Positions 15,815-24,170 of a stretch of 32,000 nucleotides of DNA are shown here, in pieces (positions within the stretch are counted from its first letter, which is position 1; each line of letters opens with the position of its first letter). Where the stretch lies: assembly GCF_000011125.1 (NCBI RefSeq), contig NC_000854.2, positions 540,001-572,000 on the forward strand, written 5' to 3'. This DNA comes from Aeropyrum pernix K1. GTDB lineage: Archaea > Thermoproteota > Thermoprotei_A > Sulfolobales > Acidilobaceae. The notes under the pieces were generated by a model that worked only from the letters and a program-made list of their open reading frames with translations, was not told the DNA's origin and did not search any database. The translations under genes and the position numbers were made by a program.

Positions 15815-18604
15815 GTGGCCGCTTTGAGGCCCGGCCCGGTCCTGATACTGCTGCTGGTGGTGCTATCGACCGCGGCCCCTCTGGCGGATGCTGGGGTGCA
15901 GGACTGGGTCACGCCTGGCCTCGTCCTGGACGCCTCACCCCACCTCTGGCTCAGGATGGCCGATACACTTGTGCAGAGGCTCTACGACCCCGGCCTCAAC
16001 CTGTTCAGGGAGACCTGGGGCACCCCTGAGGGGCGGTGCTGGTACTGGAATACTGAGCAGGGCGAGGCGGCTCAGATCGCGGTCTACCTCAACGACTCCA
16101 CCCTCCTCTCGAGCCTCCTAGCAGCGTACAAGCAGTACTTGATATACGAGTCCCAGAGTGGCCAAGTCTACCTGTTCTCCCGGTACACTCCCTGCAGCAC
16201 GATAAGGCAGCTCAGCCTAGACCCCCAGAACTTCAGCCTCGGCAATCTGATAGTGAACATTGGAGGGGACCTGGCGGGGACTAGGACTGATGTACCTGAC
16301 TACCACAGGGTGGTAGCCCTCAGCCTAGACATCTACAAGGACCCCACTAACATCTACGAGCAGGATAAGGCGTGGCCCAACATGTGGTACACGGCCAACC
16401 TGAAGAGCCACGAGGTCTGGTACCTGGCGCCGGGCGACACCACGGACTATAAGGGAATTTGGGATACCTCTGACGGTAGCCTGGGTACGGGCAGCATCAC
16501 GAGCTACAGTGTTAGGGTCGAGCAGGCCACGGACCCCACCACCAACACCACCTATGATGTTGGCGTGGCGGAGAGGACTATGGAGGACGCAAACCTAAGC
16601 TACACCCAGCGCTTCGTACTGGAGCCCAGGAAGCCCTACGTCAAGGTGGAGCTAACGGTCACCAACAAGAGTCAGGTGGACACTCTGAGCAACGTGAGGG
16701 TGACCCTGGCCTTCGACAACCTGGACTGGTGGCTCTACAAGTATGTCTACATCCCTGGGGTGGGCCTGATAGACGCCTCCACCAGCGGGACCCAGATTAA
16801 CACGGGTGAGAAGGAGTACCATCTCGCAAGGACCTGGGAGGGCTTCTGGCAGCCAGTAACGGACTCTAGCGGCAGGGCCTGGTGGCCCAGCATAATCTAC
16901 GCCGACAGGCCCCTAGGCATGAACAGGGGGCTACTGGTCCTGGTTGATGGAAACTACGGGGTGAACTTCTGGGGCTACGGCAACTACCAGGCCCCGCAGA
17001 AGGACCTCTACGGCGTCCCCGCCTACACGGACTGGTACTACAGGTGGCTGAAGTACGAGGTGGTGGTTGGGGACCTGCCGCCGGGCGCCTCGAAGACGGT
17101 CGAGATTCTGATAGTACCTATGGCTAGCTACGCCCCTGGCCTGGAGGACCTCTACATCGAGATGGCCTCGAAGCTCGACCAGCTGGAGGGCCGGGACTTC
17201 AGCTACGCAGTGAACACGGGCACTGGGGCCTTCAAGGGCCTCGCCATGGCCAGGATTATCCTCGCCTACCTCAACCAGGGTGACCACCAGTTCGCCCAGA
17301 GGATCCTGGACACTGTGGGCCAGGTTATGGAGGCCTGGGGCTGGATGGTGTCGACCAGGGCCCTCAGCAACTACATCCTGTCGCTGGTGTACCTCTACGA
17401 CTACACGGGCGACAGGACCTACCTGGACAGGGCCGAGGCCGCCGCGCAGACCCTACTCCAGGCCCAGATAAGGGACCCCCAGGACCCGAGGAACGGGGGC
17501 TTCCTGGACATAGTTTACCCCTACGGCGTCGCCACCTACCTGGACGTGAACGCCGAGGCCGCCCACGCCCTCCTGGCCCTGTGGGAGAGGACGGGGGACA
17601 CCGCTTACAGGGAGGCTGTGGACTACTGGCTCCAGAACTGGTTCCGCAGGGAGCAGGATACGGGTAGGTGGTACTACTACAGGTACAAGAGCCTCGAGGA
17701 CGCGCCCAGCGAGTACTGGTACAAGGGCTATCTTGACGAGAAGCAGCCATACGCCCAGGGCTACTTCCTCCAGGCCCTCGCGAAGCTGTACTGGAGTGAT
17801 GAGAGGCTCCTGGTATCCTTCAACAGGATAATGGAGCTGCTCAGTGACGAGTACTGGGAGCTGACTTGGGAGGGTGCTGACGAGACCAACGTGGAGACCC
17901 AGAGCAGCGCGGCGGCGGGCCTGAGGGAGTACCTGCTCGCCCTGGCTGGAGGGGCAGGCGCGGCCGTAGAGTACGTTAGGGGCGGGGAGCTGGCCTCTGT
18001 GGTTTACGAGAAGTACGGTAGCATGGTCGACCCTTCAACCGGGCTTAGGTTTACCCTGGGCAGGATGGTCATCACCGTCTCGAAGCCTCCCCTGGCCCTT
18101 GCAACCGTCGCCGTCTACCTGCCGTCAGGGCTGCTTCTCGAGGTTCTGGTTGACGGAGTCCCCGCTAGGCAGGTGCAGCAGCTCGCCGATCTGGCTCTGA
18201 GCCCGGAGTCCTACTATTTCGACGGGAGTTTGGTGTATGTTAGGCTGCAGAGCGCCGGGGAGGTGGCGATCGTCTACCAGTGGGTGGAGAGCGGCGAGAG
18301 CAACGTCTACAGCCCCGAGGTGTCGACGCCTGTTGTGGAGCAGCCCCCCACCGTCACCCCGCCTAGCGTGGGCGTGACGCTCCCCCAGTGGCTCGAGCCG
18401 TATAAGGGGTTGCTGGCCGTGGGGCTTATCGTGGCGTCGGCTATGCTGGCCACAGAGGCCTCGGCCCCCGTGTTTGCCCTGGCCGCCGCCGGGCTGGCCG
18501 GGGTGTTCGTCGCCAGCGGCTGGCTCACTATACCCCAGGCCGTGCTGGGCCTCGCGTTCGCGGCCGCCGGGCTGGGACTGATCGTCATGAGGAAGAGGGG
18601 CTAG
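15815..18604 (+). CDS. large secreted, C-terminally membrane-anchored protein (candidate virion end-fibre/adsorption glycoprotein)
   Basis: Signal peptide (LILLLVVLSTAAPLADA), several N-x-S/T sequons, aromatic-rich sequence, and two C-terminal TM helices followed by MRKRG. The segment LLQAQIRDPQDPRNGGF is reminiscent of alpha/alpha-toroid repeats (weak). Confidence 0.7.
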   Translation: MAALRPGPVLILLLVVLSTAAPLADAGVQDWVTPGLVLDASPHLWLRMADTLVQRLYDPGLNLFRETWGTPEGRCWYWNTEQGEAAQIAVYLNDSTLLSSLLAAYKQYLIYESQSGQVYLFSRYTPCSTIRQLSLDPQNFSLGNLIVNIGGDLAGTRTDVPDYHRVVALSLDIYKDPTNIYEQDKAWPNMWYTANLKSHEVWYLAPGDTTDYKGIWDTSDGSLGTGSITSYSVRVEQATDPTTNTTYDVGVAERTMEDANLSYTQRFVLEPRKPYVKVELTVTNKSQVDTLSNVRVTLAFDNLDWWLYKYVYIPGVGLIDASTSGTQINTGEKEYHLARTWEGFWQPVTDSSGRAWWPSIIYADRPLGMNRGLLVLVDGNYGVNFWGYGNYQAPQKDLYGVPAYTDWYYRWLKYEVVVGDLPPGASKTVEILIVPMASYAPGLEDLYIEMASKLDQLEGRDFSYAVNTGTGAFKGLAMARIILAYLNQGDHQFAQRILDTVGQVMEAWGWMVSTRALSNYILSLVYLYDYTGDRTYLDRAEAAAQTLLQAQIRDPQDPRNGGFLDIVYPYGVATYLDVNAEAAHALLALWERTGDTAYREAVDYWLQNWFRREQDTGRWYYYRYKSLEDAPSEYWYKGYLDEKQPYAQGYFLQALAKLYWSDERLLVSFNRIMELLSDEYWELTWEGADETNVETQSSAAAGLREYLLALAGGAGAAVEYVRGGELASVVYEKYGSMVDPSTGLRFTLGRMVITVSKPPLALATVAVYLPSGLLLEVLVDGVPARQVQQLADLALSPESYYFDGSLVYVRLQSAGEVAIVYQWVESGESNVYSPEVSTPVVEQPPTVTPPSVGVTLPQWLEPYKGLLAVGLIVASAMLATEASAPVFALAAAGLAGVFVASGWLTIPQAVLGLAFAAAGLGLIVMRKRG

Positions 18605-18620
18605 GGCTGTCGCATAGCTA

Positions 18621-19010
18621 GTGTGGGGGGTTGCCGGTTTGAGGGCGCTCAACATGGCTGTGTTCATCTTCCTGCTCAGCCTCAGCATGAGCGCTGTTAA
18701 GGAGGCCTTCGGGCTGCCGCACGTGGGCCCCGTGTGGAGTGTGGGTGTTGAGGATGTGGAGGCGTACGGGAGGGTTGAGTACAGCGGGGACTGGTGGGGC
18801 GTCAGCGTGTTCTCCGCCGTGAAGAACGGGGTCGAGCTTCTGGGGGGTGTTGTTGGCGGGGCCCTCATGCTCGGCAGCACCCTCCAGGCATTCATACCCT
18901 TCCAGCTTCCGGGCGTGCTGGTGATGGGGCTGAACATTCTGGGCAGCTTCGCCGCCGCGCTGGCGTTCATCCAGTTCGTGAGGGGCGTGTCCACCCGGGG
19001 GATGGAGTGA
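18621..19010 (+). CDS. membrane protein (129 aa)
   Basis: N-terminal and C-terminal hydrophobic helices. An alternative start is ATG 18654. The stop overlaps the next ATG (ATGA). Confidence 0.55.
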   Translation: MWGVAGLRALNMAVFIFLLSLSMSAVKEAFGLPHVGPVWSVGVEDVEAYGRVEYSGDWWGVSVFSAVKNGVELLGGVVGGALMLGSTLQAFIPFQLPGVLVMGLNILGSFAAALAFIQFVRGVSTRGME

Positions 19011-19300
19011 TGGCCTCGGCAACGTTGCCTCCCCCGCCGGACGTGCTTACGGGCGTTGGCCTGGACCAGCTGATATCCAGCTTCGCTTCGTGGTGGTCCG
19101 GCGCCACGTTCGGCCTCTTCGGCCCGGTGCTGGCCGTGCTGGCGGTCGTAACGGTGTTCTTGAAGACGCGGAGCGCCTCGGCAACCGCCGTTGTCAGCCT
19201 GGTGCTCGCCGCCTTCCTGGGTAGGGAGTGGCTGATGCTGGTGGCCGCCCTGTCCCTGGCGGCGCTGCTGTGGCAGGTGTGGAGGGCATCCACGGACTAG
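19010..19300 (+). CDS. membrane protein (96 aa)
   Basis: Internal Met73 of track ORF 18794..19300. ATG 19010 overlaps the TGA of the previous gene. The upstream part of the track ORF is Arg/Gly junk overlapping 18621..19010. Three hydrophobic helices. Confidence 0.55.
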   Translation: MASATLPPPPDVLTGVGLDQLISSFASWWSGATFGLFGPVLAVLAVVTVFLKTRSASATAVVSLVLAAFLGREWLMLVAALSLAALLWQVWRASTD

Positions 19301-19313
19301 CCGCATATATATC
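19298..19313 (+). promoter_or_regulatory. leaderless promoter of capsid-like paralogue 1 (TAGCCGCATATATA box)
   Basis: The TATA core GCATATATA is centred about 23 nt upstream of ATG 19331. An identical 14-mer recurs at 19646-19659. Confidence 0.6.
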
Positions 19314-19330
19314 TCGGAGGCCTGGGGGCG

Positions 19331-19648
19331 ATGCAGGGCTTCATAGCCTATCTTGTGGGCTTCGCGGTTGTGGCCGGGGTGGCGGTGGCCCTGGGTATAA
19401 CGCTGGGGTTCTTCGCCGACATAGCTAGCAGTCTGACGTACACCACTACCACGACTTCGGTAGACCCTTCTACCGGCCAGACGGTGACTATAACACAGAC
19501 CAACTACTACGTGCCGCAGGAGTACATGAACGTGATAGACATGGCCCAATCCCTGGGCGGCACCGGGGTCACGCTGGCGATAGCAGCGCTGATAGTGGGC
19601 CTGGCCCTTCTGCTGATAGCTGTGATCAGGCAGACTGGCGGGGTGTAG
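19331..19648 (+). CDS. candidate major capsid protein, paralogue 1 (fusellovirus VP1/VP3-like, two hydrophobic helices)
   Basis: MQGFIAYLVGFAVVAGVAVALG...AQSLGGTGVTLAIAALIVGLALLLIAVIR. Size and the double-TM architecture match spindle-virus capsid proteins. A strong leaderless promoter, GCATATATA, lies about 23 nt upstream. Confidence 0.6.
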   Translation: MQGFIAYLVGFAVVAGVAVALGITLGFFADIASSLTYTTTTTSVDPSTGQTVTITQTNYYVPQEYMNVIDMAQSLGGTGVTLAIAALIVGLALLLIAVIRQTGGV

Positions 19649-19661
19649 CCGCATATATAGG
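19646..19661 (+). promoter_or_regulatory. leaderless promoter of capsid-like paralogue 2 (TAGCCGCATATATA box)
   Basis: Same 14-mer as at 19298-19311, centred about 22 nt upstream of TTG 19676. Confidence 0.6.
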
Positions 19662-19675
19662 GTGGTGAACAGGGG

Positions 19676-19942
19676 TTGCAGGGCTTCACAGCGTATCTTG
19701 TGGGGTTCGCTATAGTCGCTGGCTTCGCAGTGGCGCTGGGCTTCATATTCGGCATATTCAACCAGATAGTGGCCCAGCTCAACACAGACCCCAACAACCC
19801 GATGATAAGCCAGGAGTTCGTCGACGCCATAAACCTTGCCCAGAGCCTTGGGGGCACCGGCCTGACCCTTGCTATAGCGGCGCTTATAGTAGGCCTCGCG
19901 ATGCTCCTCATAGCCGTGATCAGGAGCTACTCGGGCGTCTAG
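19676..19942 (+). CDS. candidate major capsid protein, paralogue 2
   Basis: Clear paralogue of 19331..19648 (MQGFTAYLVGFAIVAGFAVALG...AQSLGGTGLTLAIAALIVGLAMLLIAVIR). TTG start preceded by the same TAGCCGCATATATA box. Confidence 0.6.
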   Translation: MQGFTAYLVGFAIVAGFAVALGFIFGIFNQIVAQLNTDPNNPMISQEFVDAINLAQSLGGTGLTLAIAALIVGLAMLLIAVIRSYSGV

Positions 19943-19974
19943 CCTCCAACCACCTCCCGTCTACACAGCTGTTT

Positions 19975-21267
19975 TTGGCCCGGGTGCCAGTTTTGAGGCT
20001 GTCAGCCGTACTTGCGGGTGGCCTCCTGCTCCTCTTGCTGGTGGCCCCTATCCCTGGGTGGACCCCTGCGGCTGCTCAGGCGGGCGTCTTCCTGGAGATA
20101 GTGCTGCCGGACGGGAGTGGCTACAGGTTCGGCCCCCTGATACTCGAGAGGGGCGATCTAGTGGCCCCCAGCTTCTACAGGCTGGTGCTCGACGGGTCGG
20201 GCTACGTCGAGTTCGACCTCGCGCCCGAGGCCGGTACTGTGGCGGCCCTGGTGAGGCCCTACAAGACGCCGGACTGGAACGCTATAGCCAGCAACGACGA
20301 GGCCCTCTCCTGGAGGCTCTACGTCTCCCAGGCCTCAGACGCCTACGAGTTCATGAGGAGGGACAGCGCCCTAAACGCCTACGTGGCTGGCGACGGGGCC
20401 GCCCGGGACGGCGTGCTCGTGTGGGTCCTAGCCTACACCTACAGCGACAGGCTGGAGATACACGCTACCGGCAGCGGGAGCGCCTCGTGGACCGGGAGCC
20501 CCGCGGGCCCCGCTGCCAAGGTACTGATAGGCTCTAACATGTTCAACGGGAGCGAGGTCCCGGCCCAGCGGTGGATCGGGGAGATATGGGCTGTTGTGGT
20601 GCATTCGCAGCCCGCCGTCGACCCTAGGGGCTACGAGGTCCCCGCTTCGGGGCTGGAGCTCCTATTCGACCCGGGCTGGTACCTCGGCGGGGGCCTGTTC
20701 GCCGGGCTCTCGGGGTCCGGGTTCGTGTACGGGCGCCTGGTAGGTGATGCTGTGCTCGAGGCGTCTGCGCCTAGGATCTGGGTGGTTAGAGACGCCTACA
20801 CAGACCAATACCTGCACGTTTCTCTAACACCCTACGGCTCGAGGCTGAGGGTGCTCGACGCCTCCGGCGAAGTCCTGGCAGAGTATAGTGTGATATCAGA
20901 CAACAGGGTGGGGGACCTGGTGCTCGACTACCAGGTACCCTGGCCCCCGGCGCCGGGATCCGGCGGTGGTGATGGGGGGCTGGGGGCTCTGGACCTGCTG
21001 GCCGTCCCCGTTGTGCTGCTCGCCCTTGCAGCCCCGGGGGTTGCCCTGGCATCCGGTCCGGTTTGGGGGTTCACCTTCGCCGTCTTCGCCGGGGTCGCTG
21101 GCTGGGTCTCACTGTCGCGGGCCGGTGGCTTGGGGGTTGAGGGGAGCGTGTGGCAGGGGCTGGCGCTGCTCGCCCTGGTCAGCATGGTTCTGGCGGTGGT
21201 CCTATCTGCGGTCAAGCTCCTCGCCTGGAGGGGCGGCCTCAGGGAGCCCAGGGGTTTGGACCTGTGA
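19975..21267 (+). CDS. secreted protein with C-terminal TM helices (possible LamG/concanavalin-like fold)
   Basis: Signal peptide (LLLLLLVAPIPGWTPAAAQA), a beta-rich central part, and three C-terminal TM helices. It contains palindrome copy 12 in frame. Confidence 0.6.
   Translation: MARVPVLRLSAVLAGGLLLLLLVAPIPGWTPAAAQAGVFLEIVLPDGSGYRFGPLILERGDLVAPSFYRLVLDGSGYVEFDLAPEAGTVAALVRPYKTPDWNAIASNDEALSWRLYVSQASDAYEFMRRDSALNAYVAGDGAARDGVLVWVLAYTYSDRLEIHATGSGSASWTGSPAGPAAKVLIGSNMFNGSEVPAQRWIGEIWAVVVHSQPAVDPRGYEVPASGLELLFDPGWYLGGGLFAGLSGSGFVYGRLVGDAVLEASAPRIWVVRDAYTDQYLHVSLTPYGSRLRVLDASGEVLAEYSVISDNRVGDLVLDYQVPWPPAPGSGGGDGGLGALDLLAVPVVLLALAAPGVALASGPVWGFTFAVFAGVAGWVSLSRAGGLGVEGSVWQGLALLALVSMVLAVVLSAVKLLAWRGGLREPRGLDL
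20785..20828. repeat. bipartite palindrome copy 12 (intragenic, in frame)
   Basis: Left arm TGGTTAGAGAC, right arm TTCTCTAACAC; offset 36. Read as V-R-D...S-L-T in ORF 19975..21267. Confidence 0.85.
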
Positions 21268-21488
21268 TGCGCGGCGCCTGCAGGCTTCTGGCAGTGTTTA
21301 CCGTGGGTCTGGCGGTGTTCAGCCTAACCGTACTAACCGGCCTTCTCCTGGACGCCCTGGACGGCGTTCTCGGCGATGACGCCGCCTATACCGGTGTGGC
21401 TGTTGTCGTGGGGAGCATGCTGGGCGGGGCGGCCCTCATACTGTACAGGGGTGAGCCCCGCGGCTGTGGCGGCGGGGCGGCGCATTAG
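21267..21488 (+). CDS. small membrane protein (73 aa)
   Basis: Met40 of track ORF 21150..21488, with an ATGA overlap with the previous stop. Two hydrophobic helices. Confidence 0.5.
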   Translation: MRGACRLLAVFTVGLAVFSLTVLTGLLLDALDGVLGDDAAYTGVAVVVGSMLGGAALILYRGEPRGCGGGAAH

Positions 21489-21509
21489 ATAGTCGGTCAG
21501 GGTGGGAGT

Positions 21510-22358
21510 GTGCCGCGCAGGATCTTCCTAAATATGGTCGCCGCGGCGGTCCTGCTGGCGGTCGTGGTGCTCTCTCTGGCGGCGCCAGCGGCCGACGCTC
21601 GGATAACGCCTAGGCCGCAGGTTGTTAAGAACCCCAGCTTCGAGAGCGGGCTGGACTTCTGGGACCAGCTGGCTGGCGTTGCGGATGTAACCTCGAGCCT
21701 GTCGTACAGCGGCGTGTACTCGGCCTACTTCGTTAGACAGTCCGCCGAGGGCTATGCCCGCCTCAGCCAGATGCTGCCGTCGGGATACGATGAATACGAC
21801 TTTATCGCGCGGATATACGTGCCTTCACGGGCTCTGGGCAGCCCTCAGACCCTCTACGGTGCTGCTCTGGAGCATGACAACCTGCTGGTGATAGGGGCGG
21901 GCCTGCTTATAGACGGGTACAAATGCTACGTCTCCGTGAACGCCATCGACATTTTCGACATACCCGTCGACTGCAGCCAGATCGTCGACAGGTGGAACAT
22001 AGTCGAGGTGGTGATCACGGAGACGAGCCTCGGCTACAGGGCCAGGGTGTATGTAAACGGATTCATGTTCTTCGAGTCCATCGGCTTCCCGCCGCCCACA
22101 AACAGAGTGTCCCTGCTGTGGGCCGGGGAGGGCGAGTCGTCCTACTTCGACCTGATAGAGCTTTACGACCTATCCTCGGGCTCAGCCTCCGCCTCTCTGG
22201 ATGACTGGGGCCACCCCTGGGCCGTTATAATGGGGGAGCAGGGCGACCCGGCTTCCAGGTGGTGGACGCCGGTGCCCGGTGACACGCCCAGCCGCACGCT
22301 GTGGGAGGCGGTCTACGGCGCCCAGACTGAGGGGGCATCCCCGGCTAGCCGGGCCTAG
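21510..22358 (+). CDS. secreted beta-sandwich protein (CBM/galactose-binding-like domain)
   Basis: Signal peptide (AAAVLLAVVVLSLAAPAADA) followed by VKNPSFESGLDFW, the typical opening strand motif of CBM4/9-like jelly-roll domains. GTG start with an SD (GGGTGGGAG). Confidence 0.6.
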   Translation: MPRRIFLNMVAAAVLLAVVVLSLAAPAADARITPRPQVVKNPSFESGLDFWDQLAGVADVTSSLSYSGVYSAYFVRQSAEGYARLSQMLPSGYDEYDFIARIYVPSRALGSPQTLYGAALEHDNLLVIGAGLLIDGYKCYVSVNAIDIFDIPVDCSQIVDRWNIVEVVITETSLGYRARVYVNGFMFFESIGFPPPTNRVSLLWAGEGESSYFDLIELYDLSSGSASASLDDWGHPWAVIMGEQGDPASRWWTPVPGDTPSRTLWEAVYGAQTEGASPASRA

Positions 22359-22445
22359 GCTATCCACGGCCTCCACCCCCTCCCCATTCCCCCTCTTTTC
22401 CTCGGGCCTCGGCCGGTTGACGCATAACCTTTTTGGTGGGGGAGT

Positions 22446-24050
22446 GTGAAGAATGCTGTAGCGGCTCTCATCCTCGCTACAATCCTGTTGGCGCCTCTCC
22501 TCCAGGCGGTGCCAGCGTCCGCCGCCCCCAGCTACTCCGAGGTCTACAGCGCCTACATCGAGGGTAAGAGGTACATCGAGAGGCTGGCTAGGACGGTGTA
22601 CGACCCGGCGACGGGCGAGCCCGTGTACAGCTTTATAGCGGAGTATCCGAGCCTGCCTGTGTGGGGCAGGTACGGGGAGTACGAGTGGGTACCCGGCATG
22701 CCATTCTACCAGCTCTGCTCCTCCGGCGTCCACGGGTTCTACAAGGTCCATCTCAGCCTTGCCAGCGAGACGCTGGGGAGCACGTACAGTAGGTGGGTGT
22801 ACGACTACACCCTCCAGTTCGTCCTGTCCACCTCCCGGGGGGCCACAGTATTCGACCTGGCCGTTCTTAGGGTTGCGGAGGAGCACTACGGGGGCTCGTG
22901 GAGAGTTACTGTGTCTACGCTCAGCTACGGCAGTTGGGAGGGGCTGGGTAGCTGCGGGGCTATCAACGGCCGGGATATAACGGTGTACCTGGCCTCGATG
23001 CCCCTGGGGACCGTGGGGAGCCTATACACTAGCCCGGCCACCTTCAGCTTCGACAGCTCGACAGTTCTCCCCGCCTTCAGGTTCTCGGCCAGGCATGTGC
23101 TGATGCTCGGAACCCTGTTCTACGACGCCTTCGGGGTCGGAAACCTCTACATGGACAACGCCGCGAGGGATATACTGTACGAGGTGTTCAAGACCCCGAG
23201 AGACCCGCTGGACCTCTACGGCAACGCCCTCCCGGCCGCGGGCTACACGGTGAGCATTGACATCCCGGCCCTGGACAGCGATAGCGAGGACCACGAGTAC
23301 TTCTTCGACGCAATGCTGTTCGAACTGTACCCCGGGTACTATGAGACCGGCTACGACAGGATATTCAGGTGGACGCTCTACAACGGCTGGGTGGACGCGA
23401 GCGGTCCAGGCGTCTACTACCCGCTGTACCCGTACAAGTCGAAGGTCGTCTCTTACGCCGAGCTCTTTGGAGTGAATGGTGGGGATGGCTTCCTTTCTGT
23501 ACTTGAGCGTCCGCTCACATGTGGATTGGATGCCGAGACCGATCCTCTGCTAAACGCCTGGAAGGGTATCTACTACGCTGTTACGGGTAGCTGGGGCGCC
23601 GCCACGAGCCAGTGGTACGACATTGTGGATGACTGGGATGGTGTGGGGGTTCTGGCGTGCTACTCGGAGAACTACTCCACCGTTAGGCTGGCGGCCGCCG
23701 TTATGCTGGGAACCCTGCTGGCTGAGAGGGGATATATAGGATGGGGCACGGTCGACGCTATGGTGGAAGCCCTTCTCAAGGCTCAGTGGAGGGGGAGCGG
23801 CTACTACAAGCCGACGGACACGTGGGAGTACATGTTCAAGATCGACCACGCAGGCGGCTTCATAGTAGCCTATAACGTGGCGCCTGACGGCAGCTTCGGG
23901 GTCACAGGCTTCAGGCCAGACTACCTAGAGCTTATAACCGAGGGCAACGACATGGACCCCGAGTACATAGGGCCACTACCCACAAACGCGGAGACCACGC
24001 TCGCTGCCATCACAGCGCTCAAGATGTACATGGACGCCAGGTACTCCTAG
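22446..24050 (+). CDS. secreted protein (534 aa), aromatic-rich
   Basis: Signal peptide (ALILATILLAPLLQAVPASA). GTG start with the SD GGTGGGGGAG. The C-terminal LLKAQWRGSGYY...HAGGF resembles the LLQAQ...NGGF segment of 15815..18604. Confidence 0.6.
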   Translation: MKNAVAALILATILLAPLLQAVPASAAPSYSEVYSAYIEGKRYIERLARTVYDPATGEPVYSFIAEYPSLPVWGRYGEYEWVPGMPFYQLCSSGVHGFYKVHLSLASETLGSTYSRWVYDYTLQFVLSTSRGATVFDLAVLRVAEEHYGGSWRVTVSTLSYGSWEGLGSCGAINGRDITVYLASMPLGTVGSLYTSPATFSFDSSTVLPAFRFSARHVLMLGTLFYDAFGVGNLYMDNAARDILYEVFKTPRDPLDLYGNALPAAGYTVSIDIPALDSDSEDHEYFFDAMLFELYPGYYETGYDRIFRWTLYNGWVDASGPGVYYPLYPYKSKVVSYAELFGVNGGDGFLSVLERPLTCGLDAETDPLLNAWKGIYYAVTGSWGAATSQWYDIVDDWDGVGVLACYSENYSTVRLAAAVMLGTLLAERGYIGWGTVDAMVEALLKAQWRGSGYYKPTDTWEYMFKIDHAGGFIVAYNVAPDGSFGVTGFRPDYLELITEGNDMDPEYIGPLPTNAETTLAAITALKMYMDARYS

Positions 24051-24170
24051 TTGTCCACCAGCTTCTCAGGCCTTAAGCCGGAGGCAGTTAAGATAGAGTA
24101 GCCGTGGCTCATTGTAACCCTGTTTTTACTCTTTCCACTGTTCCCCCTCGTGGGGGGTTGTCAGGTCGGG

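Noticed and set aside
11090-20828. Intragenic copies as introns (bulge-helix-bulge), inteins or MITE insertions.
   Set aside because: The 44-nt units are not multiples of three yet the ORFs stay open. No BHB geometry, intein blocks or target-site duplications are visible. The spacers are unrelated, so they are not copies of one mobile sequence.
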